A stretch of 64,000 nucleotides of DNA from Candidatus Latescibacterota bacterium (lineage in GTDB: Bacteria > Latescibacterota > UBA2968 > UBA8231), in NCBI GenBank assembly GCA_965242865.1, contig CBDETK010000013.1, positions 160,001 to 224,000 on the forward strand, written 5' to 3'. Below, in pieces: positions 38,102-48,400 of this stretch. The notes under the pieces were generated by a model. The model was not told where the DNA came from, ran no database searches, and saw only the letters and a list, made by a program, of their open reading frames with translations. The first letter of the stretch is position 1. The number at the start of each line of letters is the position of its first letter. Position numbers and translations under genes: made by a program.

Positions 38102-40726
38102 TCATTCTCCGCTTTTAATTTGCTCTTTCCATTCGTTCAGCTTGAGCAACGCTTGGAGCGGCGTGACTTGGCTGAGGTCCAGGTCCTGTAGCTCCGCCAC
38201 CCACGGCGCGTCGGCCGGCGCGGGGAAGAGGTCGAGTTGGGGCCGGTGGGCTGGCGGGGGCGCGTCCGGGCGGTGAATGTCTTGGGTGTCGATCTGGTCC
38301 TTTTCGAGGCGGGCGAGAATTTCTTGGGCGCGTCCTACGACTTGGGCTGGCATCCCGGCCATTTGCGCGACGTTGATGCCGTAGCTTTGGTCGGCCGCTC
38401 CCGGGGCCAAGCGGTGGAGGAACACCACGCGGTCGCCTTCTTCGCGCACCTGCACGTTGAAGTTGACGACGCGCTCTAGGTGGCTTTCGAGTTCGGTCAT
38501 CTCGTGGTAATGCGTGGCAAAGAGGGTGCGCGGGTGAACTGCCGGGTGCTGGTGCAAGTATTCGACGATGGCATAGGCAATGCTCAGGCCGTCGAAGGTG
38601 CTCGTGCCGCGCCCCAACTCGTCGATGAGGAGCAAGCTGCGGCCAGTGGCGTTGTTGAGGATATTGGCGGCCTCGTGCATCTCCACCATAAAGGTGCTCT
38701 CGCCCCCGGCGAGGTTGTCGGACGCGCCCACGCGGGTGAAGATGCGATCGACAATGCCGATGGTGGCTTGGCGCGCGGGGACGAAGCTGCCCATCTGCGC
38801 CATCAGCGCGATGAGCCCCACTTGGCGGATGATGGTGCTCTTGCCGGCCATGTTCGGGCCGGTGATGAGCATGATCTGGGCTCCGTCGGCGTCGAGGCGC
38901 ACGTCGTTGGGCACGAAGCGGCCGGTGCGGAGCTGACGCTCGACGACCGGGTGGCGGCCGTCGCGGATGTCGATGCGCGGGCCGTCGTTGACTTGGGGCC
39001 GGGTGTAGGATTCGCGCTCGGCCACTTCGGCGAGGGAATACAGCGCGTCAATGCGGGCGATGGCGCGGGCGATCTGCTGGACTTGGGGCGCCCAGCGGAC
39101 CGCGCGGGCGCGCAGGGCCAAGAACAACTCGTTTTCCAGCTCTTTGAGCCGATCCTCAGCCCCCAAGACCTTTTCCTCGTACTCCTTTAGCTCGGGCGTG
39201 ATGAAGCGCTCGGCGTTGGTCAAAGTCTGTTTGCGATGGTACTCTGTGGGCGTTTTGTCGAGGTTGGCCTTGCTGATTTCAATGTAGTAGCCAAAGACTT
39301 GGGTGTAGCCGATCTTGAGCGAGGCAATGCCGGTGCGCTTGCGCTCGATGGCCTGCAAGCGGGCGATGTAGGACTTGCCGCCGCGGGCGATCTGCCGCAG
39401 TTGGTCGACGTCTGGGTGATGACCGTCGCGGATTAGGCCGCCTTCGGTCAGGGCCACCGGAGGCGCGTCAACTAAGGCATTGAGGATTTCGGCGACCAAT
39501 TCGCGGACGTCGGGCAGCCCCTTGGCGCATAGCTCTTGCAGGAGCTCGCTCTGGGCCGAGGCCAGCGCGGTGCCAATGGCCGGCGCGATGTCGAGCGAGC
39601 GGGCGAGGGCCACCATGTCGCGGGCGTTGGCGCGCAGACAGCAAATCCGGGCGATCAGCCGCTCTAAGTCGCCGACCTGCTCTAGGCATTGGCCGAGGGT
39701 GCGGCGGTCGTCGCGCAGGTGCAACAGCCGGTCAACCGCCGCTAGGCGGGCCTCGATGGCAGCCGCTTTCTTGAGGGGTTGTGCAATCCACTGGCGCATC
39801 AGGCGAGCGCCCATGGGGGTGCGGGTGCGGTCGAGGATTTCGAGGAGGGTGTTGGTGCGGCCCCCATCTTGGAGGTTGGCTAGCAGCTCTAGGTTGCGCT
39901 GGGCCGCGGCATTGACGAGCGCGAAGTCCTCGCGGCGCTTGCGCTGGAGGCGGTTGACGTGCTCGACTGCGCCGCGCTGGTTGTCGCGCAAATAGGCGAC
40001 TGCGGCCCCGCCGGCGCAGATGGCGGCCTTCATGTCCTCGCAGCCAAAGCCTTTGAGGGTCTGCACCCGGAGCTGGTCGGTGAGGGTGTCGTACGCGGTG
40101 TCGGCGGCAAAGTGCCAGTCTTCGACGTGGCTGATGGCCACCCGCGGCAAGGCGGTCTGCAGCGTCTGCACCCACTCGGCGTCCGAGCCGGCGGCGATGA
40201 GCAGCTCGGCCGGGGCGAGGCTCTCCAGCTCGTCGGAGAGGTCGCTGGCCGGGAGCTCGTCGAGCGCGAAGTCCCCGGTTGACAGATCGACGCTGGCCAA
40301 GCCGACGCAGTCCGCACGGGGGCAGAGGCCGACGAGGAAGTTGTTGCGCTGCTGGTCGAGCAAGGCGTCGGAAAGGGCCGTGCCCGGGGATACGACTTGC
40401 ACCACATCGCGCTTGACGACGCCCTTGGCCTTTTTGGGGTCTTCGATCTGCTCGCAGATGGCGACCTTGCGGCCGAGTTGGATGAGCTTGGCGAGATAGC
40501 CCTCCATGGCGTGATGCGGCACGCCGGCTAAGGGCACATCGCCGGCCGCCTTGCCGTGGTTGCGCGCCGTCAAGGTGAGGCCCAAAAGCCGGGCGGCCTC
40601 TTTGGCGTCGTCGAAGAACATCTCGTAGAAGTCGCCCATGCGGAAGAAGAGGATCGCGTCTGGGTGCTGGCGCTTAAAGTGGGCGTACTGCTCCATCGCT
40701 GGGGTGAGTTTGGTTCTCGGGGACAT
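38102..40726 (-). CDS. mutS: DNA mismatch repair protein MutS
   Basis: FRMGDFYEMF, TGPNMAGKST, STFMVEM, DELGRGTS, FATHYHE. Confidence 0.98.
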   Translation of the reverse strand: MSPRTKLTPAMEQYAHFKRQHPDAILFFRMGDFYEMFFDDAKEAARLLGLTLTARNHGKAAGDVPLAGVPHHAMEGYLAKLIQLGRKVAICEQIEDPKKAKGVVKRDVVQVVSPGTALSDALLDQQRNNFLVGLCPRADCVGLASVDLSTGDFALDELPASDLSDELESLAPAELLIAAGSDAEWVQTLQTALPRVAISHVEDWHFAADTAYDTLTDQLRVQTLKGFGCEDMKAAICAGGAAVAYLRDNQRGAVEHVNRLQRKRREDFALVNAAAQRNLELLANLQDGGRTNTLLEILDRTRTPMGARLMRQWIAQPLKKAAAIEARLAAVDRLLHLRDDRRTLGQCLEQVGDLERLIARICCLRANARDMVALARSLDIAPAIGTALASAQSELLQELCAKGLPDVRELVAEILNALVDAPPVALTEGGLIRDGHHPDVDQLRQIARGGKSYIARLQAIERKRTGIASLKIGYTQVFGYYIEISKANLDKTPTEYHRKQTLTNAERFITPELKEYEEKVLGAEDRLKELENELFLALRARAVRWAPQVQQIARAIARIDALYSLAEVAERESYTRPQVNDGPRIDIRDGRHPVVERQLRTGRFVPNDVRLDADGAQIMLITGPNMAGKSTIIRQVGLIALMAQMGSFVPARQATIGIVDRIFTRVGASDNLAGGESTFMVEMHEAANILNNATGRSLLLIDELGRGTSTFDGLSIAYAIVEYLHQHPAVHPRTLFATHYHEMTELESHLERVVNFNVQVREEGDRVVFLHRLAPGAADQSYGINVAQMAGMPAQVVGRAQEILARLEKDQIDTQDIHRPDAPPPAHRPQLDLFPAPADAPWVAELQDLDLSQVTPLQALLKLNEWKEQIKSGE

Positions 40727-40755
40727 GGTTGGGGAGAGTCGCGGGTTGGGGTGGG

Positions 40756-40800
40756 GAAAAATAAAAGCGCGGTGGAACGATCGCTCGTCCCACCGCGCTC
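40756..40800 (-). terminator. intrinsic terminator after rpsA
   Basis: AGCGCGGTGGGACGA-GCGA-TCGTTCCACCGCGCT followed by a T-rich tract. Confidence 0.85.
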
Positions 40801-40817
40801 GCTCATGGCTGCGGGGC

Positions 40818-42626
40818 TTACGACTCGTCCTGCTCGTCGTGGGCGTCGCCCCAGCTTTCCATCTCGTCGTCCTTGTCGGCGTCGGCGTCGGCGTCGGCCT
40901 CATCGGCGACCTCTTGCGCTTGGACGGGGTGCTCGGCCAAGTAGGCTTCGTACTCGGCTTGGTCTTTGTCCTTGAAGTACTCGCGCACGCTGAGGACGAT
41001 CTTTTTCTGGTTCTTGTCGAACTCAATGACCTCTAGCGGCAGGTCCTGCCCTTCGGCAAAGCTCTGGCCCGGGGCTTGCAGCCCGTCGATAGCCAACTGC
41101 GACAGCGGCACAAACCCATCGACTTCGTCGGCGAGCGAGACGACGATGCCGCGCTTGAGGATCCGCGAGATCGCGCCCTGGATCTCGACGCCCACGGCGT
41201 ACTGATCGGCGAAGCGGGGCCAAGGATTTTCCACGGTCTCCTTGTGGCTGAGCGAGATGCGGCGGCGCTTGATGTCGATTTCGGAGACGACTACGGGGAT
41301 CACGTCGCCCTTTTTGAACATTTCGCTGGCTTGGCGGATGCGCTTGGTCCACGACATATCCGAAATGTGGACTAGGCCATCGATGTTGTCCTCAATCTCG
41401 ACGAAGGCTCCGAAGTTGGTCAGGCTGCACACCGTGCCTTGGATCTGGGTGCCGGGGGGGTACTTGGCGTCGAGCGTATCCCACGGATCCTCCTCGGTTT
41501 GCTTCATGCCGAGCGAGATTTTCTGGTTCTCACTGTCGATCTTGAGCACCTTCACGTCGACGATGTCGCTGATGGCAACCAACTTGGAAGGGTGGCGCAC
41601 GTGCTGCGTCCACGACATCTCGGAGATGTGGACCAGGCCCTCAATGCCCTCCTCCAGCTCGACGAAGGCCCCGTAGTCGGTGATGGAGACCACCTTGCCT
41701 CGCACTTGGCTTTCGAGTGGGTACTTCTTGTCGATGTTCTCCCACGGATGGGGGGTTAGCTGCTTGAGGCCCAAGGAGATGCGCTCGCGTGTGCGGTCGT
41801 AGCTGAGCACCTTGACCTTGATGCGGTCGCCGATGGAGACCAACTCCGAGGGGTGGTTGACCCGCCCCCACGACATGTCGGTAATGTGGAGGAGGCCATC
41901 GACGCCGCCCAAGTCGATGAAGGCTCCAAAGTCGGTGATGTTTTTGACGACGCCCTCGCGGATCTGGCCTTCCTCCAACACCTTGACGATCTCGTCGCGC
42001 ATCCGCGCCCGCTCTTCTTCTAGCACGGCGCGGCGCGAGACCACGATGTTGCGCCGCGTCTTGTTGAGCTTGATGATCTTGAAGGGGAACTCGTGGCCGA
42101 TGAACTGGTCGAAGTTCTTGACTTGGCGGATGTCGATCTGCGAGCCGGGCAAAAAGGCCTCGACGCCGAACAGGCTGACGACGATGCCGCCCTTGATGCG
42201 CCGCATTAGCTGGCCCTCGACCGTGGTGCCGGCGTCGTAGGCATCCCGGATCGAATCCCAGACGCGCATGAAATCGGCCTTTTGCTTGGAGAGCACGGCT
42301 TGGCCCTCTTGGTCTTCGATGTTCTCCAAGAAGACCTCGATTTTTTGGCCCTGCTCAATGGACGCCGGGTCGGCAAACTCCTTGATCGGCACCGCGCCCT
42401 CGGACTTGAAGCCGATGTCGACCATCACCTCGCTGGGGCCGATGGAGACGACTTCGCCCTCGACGATCTGGCCCTCCTTAATGCCGGAGATGCTCTCGTC
42501 GTACAGGGCCATGAGCTCGGCGTATTGGTCTGGGTCGTACTCGGGCTTTTCCAGCTCTTCGACGCTGATGTTGCCGTACACGGGCTTTGCTGGCTGCTCT
42601 AGTGTTGCTGTGGTTTCCTCGGTCAT
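40818..42626 (-). CDS. rpsA: 30S ribosomal protein S1
   Basis: Six S1 domains (DIGFKSEG, AFLPGSQID, DGLLHITDMSW, EGLVHISEMSW). Confidence 0.97.
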   Translation of the reverse strand: MTEETTATLEQPAKPVYGNISVEELEKPEYDPDQYAELMALYDESISGIKEGQIVEGEVVSIGPSEVMVDIGFKSEGAVPIKEFADPASIEQGQKIEVFLENIEDQEGQAVLSKQKADFMRVWDSIRDAYDAGTTVEGQLMRRIKGGIVVSLFGVEAFLPGSQIDIRQVKNFDQFIGHEFPFKIIKLNKTRRNIVVSRRAVLEEERARMRDEIVKVLEEGQIREGVVKNITDFGAFIDLGGVDGLLHITDMSWGRVNHPSELVSIGDRIKVKVLSYDRTRERISLGLKQLTPHPWENIDKKYPLESQVRGKVVSITDYGAFVELEEGIEGLVHISEMSWTQHVRHPSKLVAISDIVDVKVLKIDSENQKISLGMKQTEEDPWDTLDAKYPPGTQIQGTVCSLTNFGAFVEIEDNIDGLVHISDMSWTKRIRQASEMFKKGDVIPVVVSEIDIKRRRISLSHKETVENPWPRFADQYAVGVEIQGAISRILKRGIVVSLADEVDGFVPLSQLAIDGLQAPGQSFAEGQDLPLEVIEFDKNQKKIVLSVREYFKDKDQAEYEAYLAEHPVQAQEVADEADADADADKDDEMESWGDAHDEQDES

Positions 42627-42707
42627 GTCGTGCAAATCCTCAAAACGGTTAAGGCGAAGCGGGTACTTCGCGTTGGGTGATACCGGCGCGGGCTCTCCGC
42701 GCCGGCG

Positions 42708-43379
42708 TTAGGCGCCGCGTTGGCGGGCCAATGCGACGACGCATTCTACTTGCTCTGCCAAGGTCATGCGCGTCGTGTCGATCTCGACGATTTCGGCCGC
42801 GGCGCTCGTGCCTCCGTAGTCGCGGGCCGCGTCTTCCCGGTCGCGCGTTTGGATGTCGGAGCGGACTTGCTCCAAGGTGATGCCTACTCCGCTGGCGGTC
42901 AATTCTCGGTGTCGCCGGCGAGCGCGCTCTGAAAAGTCGGCCACCAAGGCGATTTTTAGCTCGGCGTCGGGAAAGACTACCGCAGCAATGTCGCGCCCTT
43001 CGGCCACTACGCCGCCCCCTTGGCCCCACCGCTGCTGCTGGGCGACTAGGGCGCGGCGCACCAAAGGCACGTCTGCGTACGCACTCACTCGACGGGTGAT
43101 TGCGGGCTGGCGAATCGCGTCGCTTATGTCCTGTCCGTTGAGCAGGACGCGCCCCCGGCCCGAGTCCAAATCTAGGGTTGAGGTGGCCAATAGGTCCTCC
43201 AGCGCGGCTGTGTCCTCGGGCGAAACCCCCCGGCGGGTGGCCGCCAAGGCCACGGCTCGGTACATGGCGCCGGTGTCGAGGTGGCGGTAGCCCAGCCGCT
43301 CGGCCACCTGCCGCGCCGTGGTCGTCTTGCCGGTGCCGATGGTGCCGTTGATGGCGATGACGATCCCGCGCCGCTTCAC
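42708..43379 (-). CDS. cmk: cytidylate kinase
   Basis: GTIGTGKTT, LDTGAMYRA, VAEGRDI...VFPDA; GTG start. Confidence 0.92.
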   Translation of the reverse strand: MKRRGIVIAINGTIGTGKTTTARQVAERLGYRHLDTGAMYRAVALAATRRGVSPEDTAALEDLLATSTLDLDSGRGRVLLNGQDISDAIRQPAITRRVSAYADVPLVRRALVAQQQRWGQGGGVVAEGRDIAAVVFPDAELKIALVADFSERARRRHRELTASGVGITLEQVRSDIQTRDREDAARDYGGTSAAAEIVEIDTTRMTLAEQVECVVALARQRGA

Positions 43380-44125
43380 AAGCCCACCTCGGCTTTGAGC
43401 TGGCGGATTTCCCCGGGGCTGAGGCGGCGGTGCTGGCCGGCGGCGAGCGCGCCGAGGGTCAGCCCGGCAAATTCGACCCGCGTCAAGTGCCGAACCGGAT
43501 AGCCGACGGCGCGGAGCATGCGGCGGACTTGCCGCTTGCGCCCCTCGTGAATGCAAAGGCTCAGCCGGGCCTGCTCGGCCCAACCGCTTCGCCAGCGCTC
43601 CTCTACTCGGACCTGAGCCGGCGCCGTAAGCCCGTCGCCGAGCGCAATGCCGGCGCGCAGCCGATCGAGCTGGTCCTCGCACGGATCGCCGCTGACGACT
43701 GCCTCGTAGCGCTTGGCGACGACAAAGCGCGGGTGCAGCAGCCGATGGCCGAGGGCCCCGTCGTCGGTCAGCAGCAAAAGCCCGGTGGTGTCGAGGTCGA
43801 GACGGCCTACGGGCACGGTCCCCGGATGGAGGTCCGGCAAGAGGTCGAAGACCGTGGGCCGGTCGCGTGGGTCGCGGCGGGTTACTAGATAGCCGGCCGG
43901 TTTGTGCAAAAGCACGTATTCGTACTGGCTGGTCAGGGTGAGGACCCGGCCGCGGCACTCGACGCGGTCGGCATGGACTGCGACTGTTCGGCCCGGCTCG
44001 GCGACGACCTCGCCGTTGACGCAAACCGCGCCGCTTTGGATCAGGGCATCGCTGTGGCGGCGCGAGGCCACCCCGCAGCGGGCCAAGAAGCGATTGAGGC
44101 GCATTTGCGGCTCAGGAGCGTTCAC
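43376..44125 (-). CDS. rluB: rRNA pseudouridine synthase (RluB/RsuA family)
   Basis: S4 domain, HKPAG, VGRLDLDTTGLLLLTDDG, EGRKRQVRRM. Confidence 0.85.
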   Translation of the reverse strand: MNAPEPQMRLNRFLARCGVASRRHSDALIQSGAVCVNGEVVAEPGRTVAVHADRVECRGRVLTLTSQYEYVLLHKPAGYLVTRRDPRDRPTVFDLLPDLHPGTVPVGRLDLDTTGLLLLTDDGALGHRLLHPRFVVAKRYEAVVSGDPCEDQLDRLRAGIALGDGLTAPAQVRVEERWRSGWAEQARLSLCIHEGRKRQVRRMLRAVGYPVRHLTRVEFAGLTLGALAAGQHRRLSPGEIRQLKAEVGL

Positions 44126-44768
44126 CGTGGTCCCCTTCCTCGGCCTGCTTTTGCAGCTCGTCTAGCTCGGAGGCGAGCTGGCGGGCGGCCGCTGGCGGCG
44201 GGCCCTCGGCGAGTAGCTCTTCTAATTCCTTGGGCTTGGGCAACTCGCCTAGCCCCCGCAACCCAAAGTGGAGCAAAAATTCTCGGGTGGTGCCAAAGAG
44301 CATGGGTTTGCCAATGCCCTCGGAGCGACCGGCGAGGCGGACCATGTTGAGCTCCATCAGGGTGTGCAAGGCACCGGCCGAGCTCACGCCGCGGATGTTG
44401 TCGATTTCAACGCGGGTGACCGGCTGCTTGAAGGCGACGATGGCGAGGACTTCGAGACCTGCCGGCGAGAGGCGCACTTGGCGCACGGTCTTGTGGTACT
44501 TGCGCAGCCACGGGCCGCAGGCTTGGCGCGAGGCGAGCTGATAGCCCCCCGCCAGCTCGACGACTTCGATCCCGTGCCCGGCCGCTTCGTACTGGGCGTT
44601 GAGCGCGTCGATGACCTCGCGAATGTCGCGGCCGTTGTACCCGGCGAGCAAATTGACGAGGCGACCCGGGGTCACCGGCTCGGTGGCCGTCAGCAGAATG
44701 GCCTCGATGATCGCCCGCGCCCGCGCCGGGGCGACGTCGCGCGCGGCGGCTGTGGATTCATGGCTCAC
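44112..44768 (-). CDS. scpB: SMC-Scp complex subunit ScpB
   Basis: IEAILL, LEVLAIVAFKQPVTRVEIDNIRGV, GTTREFLLHFGL. Confidence 0.95.
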   Translation of the reverse strand: MSHESTAAARDVAPARARAIIEAILLTATEPVTPGRLVNLLAGYNGRDIREVIDALNAQYEAAGHGIEVVELAGGYQLASRQACGPWLRKYHKTVRQVRLSPAGLEVLAIVAFKQPVTRVEIDNIRGVSSAGALHTLMELNMVRLAGRSEGIGKPMLFGTTREFLLHFGLRGLGELPKPKELEELLAEGPPPAAARQLASELDELQKQAEEGDHGERS

Positions 44769-45532
44769 GGCACGGCGGTCAGTTGGGGTGGGGATGGCTC
44801 GATCCAGATCGCGTCGAAGGGGCGCGCCTGCTGGACGCGGACGCGCTGCGACTTGAGCAGCTCTAGGACGCCGACAAAGGTGGCGATTAGGGCGCGGCGG
44901 TCGCGGCCTTGGAGCAGGTCCATGAAGCGGATGCGCTCGCACTGCTCTAGCACTGCCAACAGATAGTCGATGCACTCGGCGACCGACACCTCTTCTTCGG
45001 CGATCTGGTGTACTAGGTTTGCCGGGATCGTGTCGAGCACGTGCTTGTACACGACCAAGAGGTCGAACAGGGATACGGGCTGCAACTGGGCCGCCTCGTC
45101 AACGCTGGCGCCCAGTCCTTGGCGGCGCAGGTACACGTCGCGCCGCTCGTTTTTGCGCACGCCCAGCCAGTCGGCAATGTCCTTGAACTGCTGGTACTCT
45201 AACAGGCGGCGGACCAACTCGGCCTTTAGGTCCTCCTCGCCTTCGCCCTCGCCGTCGAGCCCGAGTTCGTCGCGGGGCAGCATCATCTGCGACTTGATCC
45301 GCAGCAGGGTGGCCGCCATGAGGATGAAGTCGCTGGCCTGTTCGATGTCGAGCTGGTGGAGGTGTTGCAAGAAGCCCAAGTACTGGGTGGTGATGTGGGC
45401 GATGGGAATGTCGTAGATGTCCAACTCGTCTTTGCGGATCAGGTAGAGCAACAGGTCCATGGGGCCTTCAAAGACGTCGAGCTTGACTTCGTAGAGAGCC
45501 GATTCTTCTTGTTCGATCGCGTCGCGTTCCAC
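44765..45532 (-). CDS. scpA: segregation/condensation protein A
   Basis: FEGPMDLLLYLI, MAATLLRIKS, F.GVLEL.K. Confidence 0.95.
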   Translation of the reverse strand: MERDAIEQEESALYEVKLDVFEGPMDLLLYLIRKDELDIYDIPIAHITTQYLGFLQHLHQLDIEQASDFILMAATLLRIKSQMMLPRDELGLDGEGEGEEDLKAELVRRLLEYQQFKDIADWLGVRKNERRDVYLRRQGLGASVDEAAQLQPVSLFDLLVVYKHVLDTIPANLVHQIAEEEVSVAECIDYLLAVLEQCERIRFMDLLQGRDRRALIATFVGVLELLKSQRVRVQQARPFDAIWIEPSPPQLTAVP

Positions 45533-45545
45533 GAGAGCACCTGCC

Positions 45546-46049
45546 TCAGTCGATAAAAAGATAGGGTTTCCAGCGCTGATCGTCGATGCCGACGAAGTTG
45601 CGGATGAAGCTCACATTGTTGGGGCGCTTGGGTTTGGTGCGCAGCACGAGGCCGACCTGCTCGGGCCGGTGTTCGCCTTTCTTGTTGTTGCACAGGGCGC
45701 AGGCGCAGACGAGGTTTTCCCAAGTCCCTTGGCCCCCCTTGGTGCGCGGCACGATGTGGTCCACCGTGAGCTTGCCGTCTTTGCGACCGCAGTACTGGCA
45801 CTGGTGGTTGTCGCGCTTGAGGATATTGCGCTTGGAAAGCACGACCCGCCGGCGCGGGGCGCGGATGTAGCGCCCGAGGCGGACGACGCTGGGCACTGGA
45901 TAGTCTTGCGAGACCGAATGGATCACCTCATTCATCTTTTCGACCGCTTCGGCCTTTCCGCGCAAAACCAGCAGCAAGGCCCGGCGGACGCTGCATACGC
46001 TCAGGGGCTCGTAGTTTTGGTTGAGGACGAGTACTGTTCTTTCCAGCAA
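45546..46049 (-). CDS. HNH endonuclease (McrA-like)
   Basis: VLVLNQNYEPL, RD..CQYCG, TVDHIVP...GG..TWENLVCAC..CN..K. Confidence 0.9.
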   Translation of the reverse strand: MLERTVLVLNQNYEPLSVCSVRRALLLVLRGKAEAVEKMNEVIHSVSQDYPVPSVVRLGRYIRAPRRRVVLSKRNILKRDNHQCQYCGRKDGKLTVDHIVPRTKGGQGTWENLVCACALCNNKKGEHRPEQVGLVLRTKPKRPNNVSFIRNFVGIDDQRWKPYLFID

Positions 46050-46163
46050 GGGTCTATCCCCGGTATAGGGCTGATTGACAGATGGTACGCACGTAAAGTT
46101 AAGCCTTTACGCTGCTTTTAGCATGTTCCACCTGGGGACTGATTATAACGAACAAATGCAAGG

Positions 46164-46556
46164 TCAGAGGTTGGCGAGCCGGTCGGCGTAATCTTGGGCG
46201 CTGAGCAAGTGCTCCAAGTCCGCAGCGTCGTCAATGCGGAGCTTGAGCAACCAGCCGCTGCCATAAGGGTCTTCGTTGATCGGTTCGGCCCCTTCTGCGA
46301 GGTCGTCGTTGATGGCTAGGACCTCGCCGGAAACCGGGGCGATCAGGTCGGCCACCGTCTTAACCGCCTCAATCGTGCCAAAGGTTTCGCCCCTTTCGAC
46401 GTGTTCGCCCACTTCGGGCAACTCGGCGAATACGATGTCTCCCAATTCGGTTTGCGCGAAATCCGTAATGCCGACGGTGGCGCTGTCGCTTTCTAGCAGA
46501 AGCCATTCGTGGCTTTCCGAATAGAGCAAGTGGTCGGGGATTTGGGTCTGGCTCAT
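46164..46556 (-). CDS. gcvH: glycine cleavage system H protein
   Basis: YSESHEW, GITDFAQ.ELGD, IEAVKTV (lipoyl Lys), DPYGSGWL. Confidence 0.95.
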   Translation of the reverse strand: MSQTQIPDHLLYSESHEWLLLESDSATVGITDFAQTELGDIVFAELPEVGEHVERGETFGTIEAVKTVADLIAPVSGEVLAINDDLAEGAEPINEDPYGSGWLLKLRIDDAADLEHLLSAQDYADRLANL

Positions 46557-46576
46557 AATCGCCTCGTTCCCGTTTG

Positions 46577-47923
46577 CTAAGACGCCTGCTCCGCGTTGGC
46601 CACGTAGTTGGTGTCGAACTGCCCGGCGATAAAGTCGGGGTTGGTGAGCAGGGTTTGGTGAAAGGGGATGGTGGTGGCCACGCCTTCTATGGTGCATTCG
46701 CCCAAGACTCGCCGCATCCGCGCTAGGGCCCCTTGGCGATTGGGGCCGTAGGTGATGATTTTGGCCAACAGGGAGTCGTAGTACGGGGGAATCTCGTAGC
46801 CTTGGTAGATGTGGCTGTCGATGCGGACGCCGGGGCCGCCCGGCAGGTGGAGGACCTCGATGATGCCCGACGAGGGGATGAAGTTGTGCGCGGGGTCTTC
46901 GGCGTTGATCCGGCATTCAATGGCATGCCCGGTGAGCTGGACGTCCTCTTGGCTCAGGCGGAGGGCTTCGCCGGTCGCGATGCGAATTTGTTCCTCAACT
47001 AAGTTGATGCCGGTGACCATTTCGGTGACCGGGTGTTCAACTTGGATGCGGGTATTCATCTCCATGAAGTAGAAGTTGTGGTCTGAATCGACGAGAAACT
47101 CAATGGTGCCCGCGCTGTAGTAGCCAACGGCCGCGGCCCCGGCGAGCGCGGCTTCCCCGAGCCGCTGGCGCAAGCTGGCGTCGACGACTGGCGAGGGGCT
47201 TTCTTCTAAGAGCTTCTGGTTCCGCCGCTGAATGGAACACTCGCGCTCGCCGAGATGGACCAGGTGCCCGTGCTGGTCGCCGAGGACTTGGATTTCGATG
47301 TGGCGCGCCGCTTCAATGGAGCGCTCCATATACACGGCGTCGCTGGTAAAGGCGGTGCGGGCTTCGCGGCGCGCCATCTGATAGGCTTCCTCCAATTCAT
47401 CCATGGCGCGGACGACCCGCATCCCGCGCCCGCCGCCGCCGGCCGCGGCCTTGAGCCGCAGGGGGAAGCCGACCTGTTCCGCCCATTGCCGAGCGTCGTC
47501 TAGCGATTCAAGGGATCCTTCGCTGCCCGGCACTACGGGCACCCCGGCTTGCTGCATGGTGTGGCGCGCGACGGCCTTGTCGCCCATGCTGCGAATGGCC
47601 GCGGTTGGCGGGCCGATGAACGCGATGCCGCAATCGGCGCAGATTGCGGAGAAGTCCGCGTCTTCGGCCAAGGGGCCGTAGCCGGGGTGAATTGCGTCGG
47701 CGTTGGTCAGCTCGGCCGCGCTGATGATGTTGACGATGTTGCGGTAGCTGTCCTTGCCGGCGGCCGGCCCGATGCAGACGTCCTCGTCGGCAAAAGACAC
47801 GTGCAGGGAGCGGGTGTCGGCTTGGGAGTGGACGGCCACGGTCGCGATGCCCAGCTCTTGGCAAGCGCGGATGACGCGCAGCGCGATTTCGCCGCGGTCG
47901 GCAATGAGGATTTTCTCGAACAC
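46577..47923 (-). CDS. accC: acetyl-CoA carboxylase biotin carboxylase subunit
   Basis: ADRGEIALR, HPGYG, GGGGRGM, FMEMNTRIQVEH, ECRINAED. Confidence 0.95.
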   Translation of the reverse strand: MFEKILIADRGEIALRVIRACQELGIATVAVHSQADTRSLHVSFADEDVCIGPAAGKDSYRNIVNIISAAELTNADAIHPGYGPLAEDADFSAICADCGIAFIGPPTAAIRSMGDKAVARHTMQQAGVPVVPGSEGSLESLDDARQWAEQVGFPLRLKAAAGGGGRGMRVVRAMDELEEAYQMARREARTAFTSDAVYMERSIEAARHIEIQVLGDQHGHLVHLGERECSIQRRNQKLLEESPSPVVDASLRQRLGEAALAGAAAVGYYSAGTIEFLVDSDHNFYFMEMNTRIQVEHPVTEMVTGINLVEEQIRIATGEALRLSQEDVQLTGHAIECRINAEDPAHNFIPSSGIIEVLHLPGGPGVRIDSHIYQGYEIPPYYDSLLAKIITYGPNRQGALARMRRVLGECTIEGVATTIPFHQTLLTNPDFIAGQFDTNYVANAEQAS

Positions 47924-47929
47924 AGCCGC

Positions 47930-48382
47930 TTAGCTAGGGCGAATTTTGAGCAGCACTTGGTTGTATTCAACCGGCTGGCCGTCGCCGACCAAGATCTCGA
48001 CTACTTCGCCTTGGATATCCGCTGGAATCTCGTTTAGGATCTTCATGGCTTCGATGATGCAGAGGGTCTGGCCGCTTTCGATGCGATCTCCCTTGCGCAC
48101 AAAGGGATCGGCTTCGGGCGAGGGGGCCTGATAAAAGGTGCCGACCATGGGCGAGAGCACCTCGTGGAGGCCGTCGTCGGTCGCTTCGGCCGGGGTGGGC
48201 GCGGCCGGTGCGGGTGCGGTGGGCGCGATGGGCATGGGCGCAGCCGGGGCCACTGGTGCGGGCGCGCGGTTGCGAGTCAGGCGGATGCGCGTACCATGCC
48301 AAAAGCTGTGTTGGATCTCTAACTCGTCGATGTCGCTATCGTGGAAAAGCTCTAGCAGTTTGCGGAGCTTGCCTTCGTTCAC
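47930..48382 (-). CDS. accB: biotin carboxyl carrier protein
   Basis: SPMVGTFY, IIEAMK, Ala/Pro linker. Confidence 0.95.
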   Translation of the reverse strand: MNEGKLRKLLELFHDSDIDELEIQHSFWHGTRIRLTRNRAPAPVAPAAPMPIAPTAPAPAAPTPAEATDDGLHEVLSPMVGTFYQAPSPEADPFVRKGDRIESGQTLCIIEAMKILNEIPADIQGEVVEILVGDGQPVEYNQVLLKIRPS

Positions 48383-48400
48383 AGGAGGTGTCGTCCTTTC

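Noticed and set aside
40875-40898. (GTCGGC)4 microsatellite
   Set aside because: It simply encodes the in-frame Asp-Ala acidic tail of S1 and is not a phase-variation tract.
45546-46049. HNH nuclease as a novel defence or mobile gene
   Set aside because: Host-like composition, within a housekeeping run, and a common stand-alone McrA-like family.
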